Under the pieces are notes generated by a model. It was not told the DNA's origin. It saw only the letters and a program-made list of their open reading frames with translations, and ran no database searches. Position numbers and translations under genes: made by a program. A stretch of 62,030 bases of DNA, filler included. It is 4 parts of 4 records of this genome, joined end to end, with 100 filler letters (N's around TTAATTAATTAA, not from the genome) between each part and the next. Parts side by side here need not be neighbours in the genome. Positions count along the whole stretch, not along the records: positions 54,570 to 62,030 come from SRR2962707_3169; 3 more parts are not named here. One strand, 5' to 3'. Shown piece after piece: positions 58,617-62,030 of this stretch (within the stretch, counting starts at the first letter, position 1; each line of letters begins with the position of its first letter).

Positions 58617-59828
58617 TCAAAACCCCAGCGTTTTCAGCCCCAGGGACAGATCCGCTTTCAGGTCCGCCAAGTCTTCCAAGCCTACCGCAATACGGATCAG
58701 GTTTTCCGTGATGCCGGCCCGTTGTTTGTCTTCTTCCGCCACCCGGCCATGGGTGGTACTGCCCGGATGGGTGATGGTGGATTTGGTATCGCCAAGATTG
58801 GCGGTGATCGAGATCAGCCGGGTGCCATCGATGAAACGCCAGGCGGCCTGGCGGTCCCGGTTACCATCGCTGTCTTCCACTTCGATCGCCAGTACCGCGC
58901 CGAATCCGCTTTGCTGACGCGCCGCCAGTTCATGCTGCGGATGGGATTTGAGTCCGGCGTAATGCACCCGCGCGATGCCCGGCTGCTGTTCCAGCCATTC
59001 GGCCAGCGCCAGTGTGTTGCGGGAATGGGCTTCCATGCGGATACCGAGGGTCTCCAACCCCTTGAGAAATACCCAGGCATTGAACGGGCTCATGCTCGGA
59101 CCGGCGGAACGGACGAAACCGTGCACTTCATCCACCAGCTTGGCCGGGCCCACCACGGCGCCGCCCAGGCAGCGTCCCTGTCCATCCAGGTATTTGGTGG
59201 CGCTGTGGATCACCAGATCCGCGCCGAGCGCCAGCGGCTTCTGCAAAGCGGGCGTACAGAAGCAGTTGTCGACGATAAGAATGGCGCCGTTGTCATGGGC
59301 CAGTTTCGCCAGGGCCGGAATGTCGCCGACTTCGGAGAGCGGATTGGACGGCGTTTCCAGGAACAGCACCTTGGTTTCCGGCCGGATCGCGGCGCGCCAC
59401 TGCTCCAGGTCCGCCAGGTCCACCATGGTGGTCTCGACCTGGAATTTCTTCAGATAGCGATCGAACACCACGTTGGTGGTGCCGAACACACTGCGGGAGC
59501 TGACGATATGATCACCGGGAGCCAGCAACGCCAGGAAAGTGCTGCTGATGGCGGCCATGCCGGAGGCCAGGGCCACGCCCTTTTCCGCCCCTTCCATGGC
59601 GGCCAGACGCTGTTCGAACGCCGCCACCGTGGGATTGGTGAAACGGGAATAGACGTTGCCCGGTTCCTCGCCGGAGAACCGCGCCGCCGCCTGGGCGGCA
59701 CTGTCATAGACAAAGCTGGAAGTCAGGAACAGCGGCTCGGAGTGCGACATCTGATCGGTACGCAACTGCGCCCAGCGAATCGCCAGCGTATCGGTATGCA
59801 GTTCGTTCGGATCAGAAAAGTCACTCAT
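58617..59828 (-). CDS. metZ: O-succinylhomoserine sulfhydrylase
   Basis: YSRFTNPT, ASGMAAI, ETPSNP, HSATKYLDGQGR and NLGD; lies downstream of purF. Confidence 0.96.
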   Translation of the reverse strand: MSDFSDPNELHTDTLAIRWAQLRTDQMSHSEPLFLTSSFVYDSAAQAAARFSGEEPGNVYSRFTNPTVAAFEQRLAAMEGAEKGVALASGMAAISSTFLALLAPGDHIVSSRSVFGTTNVVFDRYLKKFQVETTMVDLADLEQWRAAIRPETKVLFLETPSNPLSEVGDIPALAKLAHDNGAILIVDNCFCTPALQKPLALGADLVIHSATKYLDGQGRCLGGAVVGPAKLVDEVHGFVRSAGPSMSPFNAWVFLKGLETLGIRMEAHSRNTLALAEWLEQQPGIARVHYAGLKSHPQHELAARQQSGFGAVLAIEVEDSDGNRDRQAAWRFIDGTRLISITANLGDTKSTITHPGSTTHGRVAEEDKQRAGITENLIRIAVGLEDLADLKADLSLGLKTLGF

Positions 59829-59845
59829 GATGTTCTCGGTTCACC

Positions 59846-61369
59846 TCAGTTGGAGTTGTGCAGGTCGATGACTTCGTTTTCCGCCAGGGCCCGGGCCTGC
59901 TCGCGAGCGGATTTGGCCAGGTCGTTGCGGCGCTGCTCCAGATTCTGGAGATAGTCCTGATCGATGTTACCGGCTAAATAGACGCCGTTGAACACGGAAC
60001 AATCGAATTCCGTGATCCGCGAATTGCCTTCCTTGCAGGCGGACACCAGGTCCTCCAGATCCTGATAGATCAGGCGGTCGGCGCCGATGATCCGGCAGAC
60101 TTCCTCGACACTGCGGTCGTGGGCGATCAGTTCATCGGCGGCGGGCATGTCGATGCCGTACACATTCGGGTACTGCACCGCCGGCGCGGCGGAGGCGAAG
60201 TAGACCTTGCGGGCACCGGCTTCACGCGCCATCTGGATAATCTCGTGGCAGGTGGTGCCACGCACGATGGAATCGTCCACCAGCAGCACGTTCTTGCCGG
60301 AAAATTCCAGCTCGATGGCGTTCAGTTTCTGGCGCACGGATTTTCGCCGCATCTGCTGGCCGGGCATGATGAAGGTGCGGCCGATGTAGCGGTTCTTGAT
60401 GAAGCCTTCCCGGTACTTCACGTTGAGCCGGTTGGCCATTTGCAAGGCGGAAGTGCGGCTGGTGTCGGGAATCGGAATGACCACGTCGATGTCATGATCC
60501 GGCCATTCCCGCTCGACTTTCTCCGCCAGCTTTTCGCCCATGCGCAGGCGCGCCTTGTACACGGAAATGTCGTCCATGATGGAATCCGGACGGGCCAGAT
60601 AAACATGTTCGAAAATACACGGGCTCAGCTGCGGATTGTCGGCGCACTGGCGGGTGTGCATCTGGCCGTCGGCGGTAATGTAAACCGCTTCACCGGGTTC
60701 CAGGTCCCGTTCCAGATGGAAGCCCAGGGAAGACAGCGCCACCGACTCGGAAGCCACCATGTATTCCGGCCCTTGCTCGGTGTCCTTCTTGCCGAAGCAC
60801 ACCGGGCGGATACCGTGCGGGTCGCGGAACGCGAGAATGCCGTAGCCGGTAATCATGGCGACCACCGCGTAGGCACCCTCCACCCGGCGATGCACCGCCG
60901 CCACCGCGTCGAAGATGTCGTCCGGCTCCGGCTGCAGCTTGCCGCGCAGTTGCAGCTCGTGGGCGAACACGTTGAGCAGCACTTCGGAATCGGAGGTGGT
61001 GTTAATGTGGCGCAGATCAGCACGGAAGATGTGTTCAGCCAGCGCCTCGGAGTTGGTCAGGTTGCCGTTATGCGCCAACGTGATGCCATAAGGCGAGTTC
61101 ACATAAAACGGCTGCGCCTCGGCGGAACTGGAGCTGCCGGCGGTGGGGTAACGCACATGGCCGATGCCCATGTTGCCGACCAGCCGGCGCATATGGCGGT
61201 TACGGAACACGTCCCGCACCATGCCGTTGTCCTTGCGCAGAAACAGCCGGTCGCCGTCACAGGTAACGATGCCCGCGGCATCCTGTCCACGGTGTTGCAG
61301 GACCGTCAAGGCGTCGTAGATCGCCTGGTTCACATGGGAGTGGCCCACGATGCCAACAATGCCGCACAT
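59846..61369 (-). CDS. purF: Amidophosphoribosyltransferase
   Basis: N-terminal MCGIVG, QHRGQD, GHVRYPT and PRPP motif [12 protein letters not shown]. Confidence 0.99.
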   Translation of the reverse strand: MCGIVGIVGHSHVNQAIYDALTVLQHRGQDAAGIVTCDGDRLFLRKDNGMVRDVFRNRHMRRLVGNMGIGHVRYPTAGSSSSAEAQPFYVNSPYGITLAHNGNLTNSEALAEHIFRADLRHINTTSDSEVLLNVFAHELQLRGKLQPEPDDIFDAVAAVHRRVEGAYAVVAMITGYGILAFRDPHGIRPVCFGKKDTEQGPEYMVASESVALSSLGFHLERDLEPGEAVYITADGQMHTRQCADNPQLSPCIFEHVYLARPDSIMDDISVYKARLRMGEKLAEKVEREWPDHDIDVVIPIPDTSRTSALQMANRLNVKYREGFIKNRYIGRTFIMPGQQMRRKSVRQKLNAIELEFSGKNVLLVDDSIVRGTTCHEIIQMAREAGARKVYFASAAPAVQYPNVYGIDMPAADELIAHDRSVEEVCRIIGADRLIYQDLEDLVSACKEGNSRITEFDCSVFNGVYLAGNIDQDYLQNLEQRRNDLAKSAREQARALAENEVIDLHNSN

Positions 61370-61384
61370 TTGCTTATCCTCGAG

Positions 61385-61891
61385 CTAGCTGGAGCTTGCG
61401 CTGATGTTGATGAGATAAGTGAGCAGATCCCCGGCCACCTGGCGGGTCCAGTTCTCCAGCATGACGAAATGCGGTACCAGTACCGACGCCTGCCACCAGG
61501 GATCCTCGATGAAAAGCTGGCGGCCCAGTGCGACCAGCACCACCACCAGCAGGACGCCGCGAATGGCGCCGAATACCATGCCCAGTAGCCGGTCGGTCCC
61601 GCTCAGGCCGGTGACCCGGACCAACTCGCCGAGCAAATGATTGATGAGCGCGCCGATCACCAGTGTCAGGACGAACAGCACACCAAACGCCACCGCCAAA
61701 CGCAGACTGGGGGTCTCGATCTGATCCACCAGCAGCGCATCCAGCGCTGGGCTGAACAGCCGCGCCACCACGAAGGCGGCCACCCACGTCAGCAGAGAAA
61801 AGGCTTCCCGGGTGAAACCGCGGCGGAGGCTGATCAGGGCCGACACAGCGATGATGAACAGGATGATGCCGTCTGCCAGATTCAGAGTCAT
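61385..61891 (-). CDS. cvpA: Colicin V production protein CvpA
   Basis: RGFTREAFSL, DRLLGMVFGAIRG and WWQAS; upstream of purF. Confidence 0.95.
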   Translation of the reverse strand: MTLNLADGIILFIIAVSALISLRRGFTREAFSLLTWVAAFVVARLFSPALDALLVDQIETPSLRLAVAFGVLFVLTLVIGALINHLLGELVRVTGLSGTDRLLGMVFGAIRGVLLVVVLVALGRQLFIEDPWWQASVLVPHFVMLENWTRQVAGDLLTYLINISASSS

Positions 61892-62001
61892 GAGATGGGG
61901 CGTGGGCGGAACAGGCGGCAAAGTTTACCAGAGCGTCCCGCGCTTGCCCATGGATGAACTTGAATGAACGTCATCGTCGGAGCCTATGTGTATAGGGGCA
62001 T

Positions 62002-62028
62002 ATTCGCTGGCAAGCCAGCTTCCCACAG
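62002..62028 (-). repeat. Degenerate GTAG/GTGG-type REP
   Basis: ATTCGCTGGCAAGCCAGCTTCCCACAG resembles the right arm of the REP at 52662-52688. Confidence 0.55.
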
Positions 62029-62030
62029 CG

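Overview
This window is not one locus. It is four unrelated contigs joined by 100-bp artificial linkers (44 N + TTAATTAATTAA + 44 N) at 26363-26462, 35313-35412 and 54470-54569. (1) 1-26362 is AT-rich Flavobacteriaceae-type DNA. It carries cytochrome c oxidase subunit III genes, cyoE, two tonB, a VanZ-family gene, gcvH, the T9SS translocon sprA, ruvA, maeB, a bestrophin, queG, a P450, ruvB, an orphan SusD fusion, an acyl-CoA oxidase-like gene, DUF3332 and a beta-propeller phytase. (2) 26463-35312 is a eukaryotic (protist-like) contig. It has an intronless 2185-aa surface protein with an N-terminal signal anchor, a 2x10 array of 20-aa Ca-binding-type repeats and a GPI-like tail. A convergent, spliced, apparently frameshifted COQ9 gene is missed by the ORF track. 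(3) 35413-54469 is GC-rich gammaproteobacterial DNA (Alcanivorax-like, inferred). It holds MarR, a choice-of-anchor I lipoprotein with four Pho-box-like half sites, and a TetR/peptide-type ABC transporter/acyl-CoA ligase operon divergent from a single-chain acyl-CoA carboxylase. A 2-hydroxyacid dehydrogenase, class V aminotransferase, DUF2147, a REP doublet and TetR/SDR/ferritin-like genes follow. (4) 54570-62030 is a housekeeping run: cvpA-purF-metZ-MoxR-DUF58-transglutaminase. No CRISPR, rRNA, tRNA or intact transposase was seen. All family calls come from motif recognition, not database searches.
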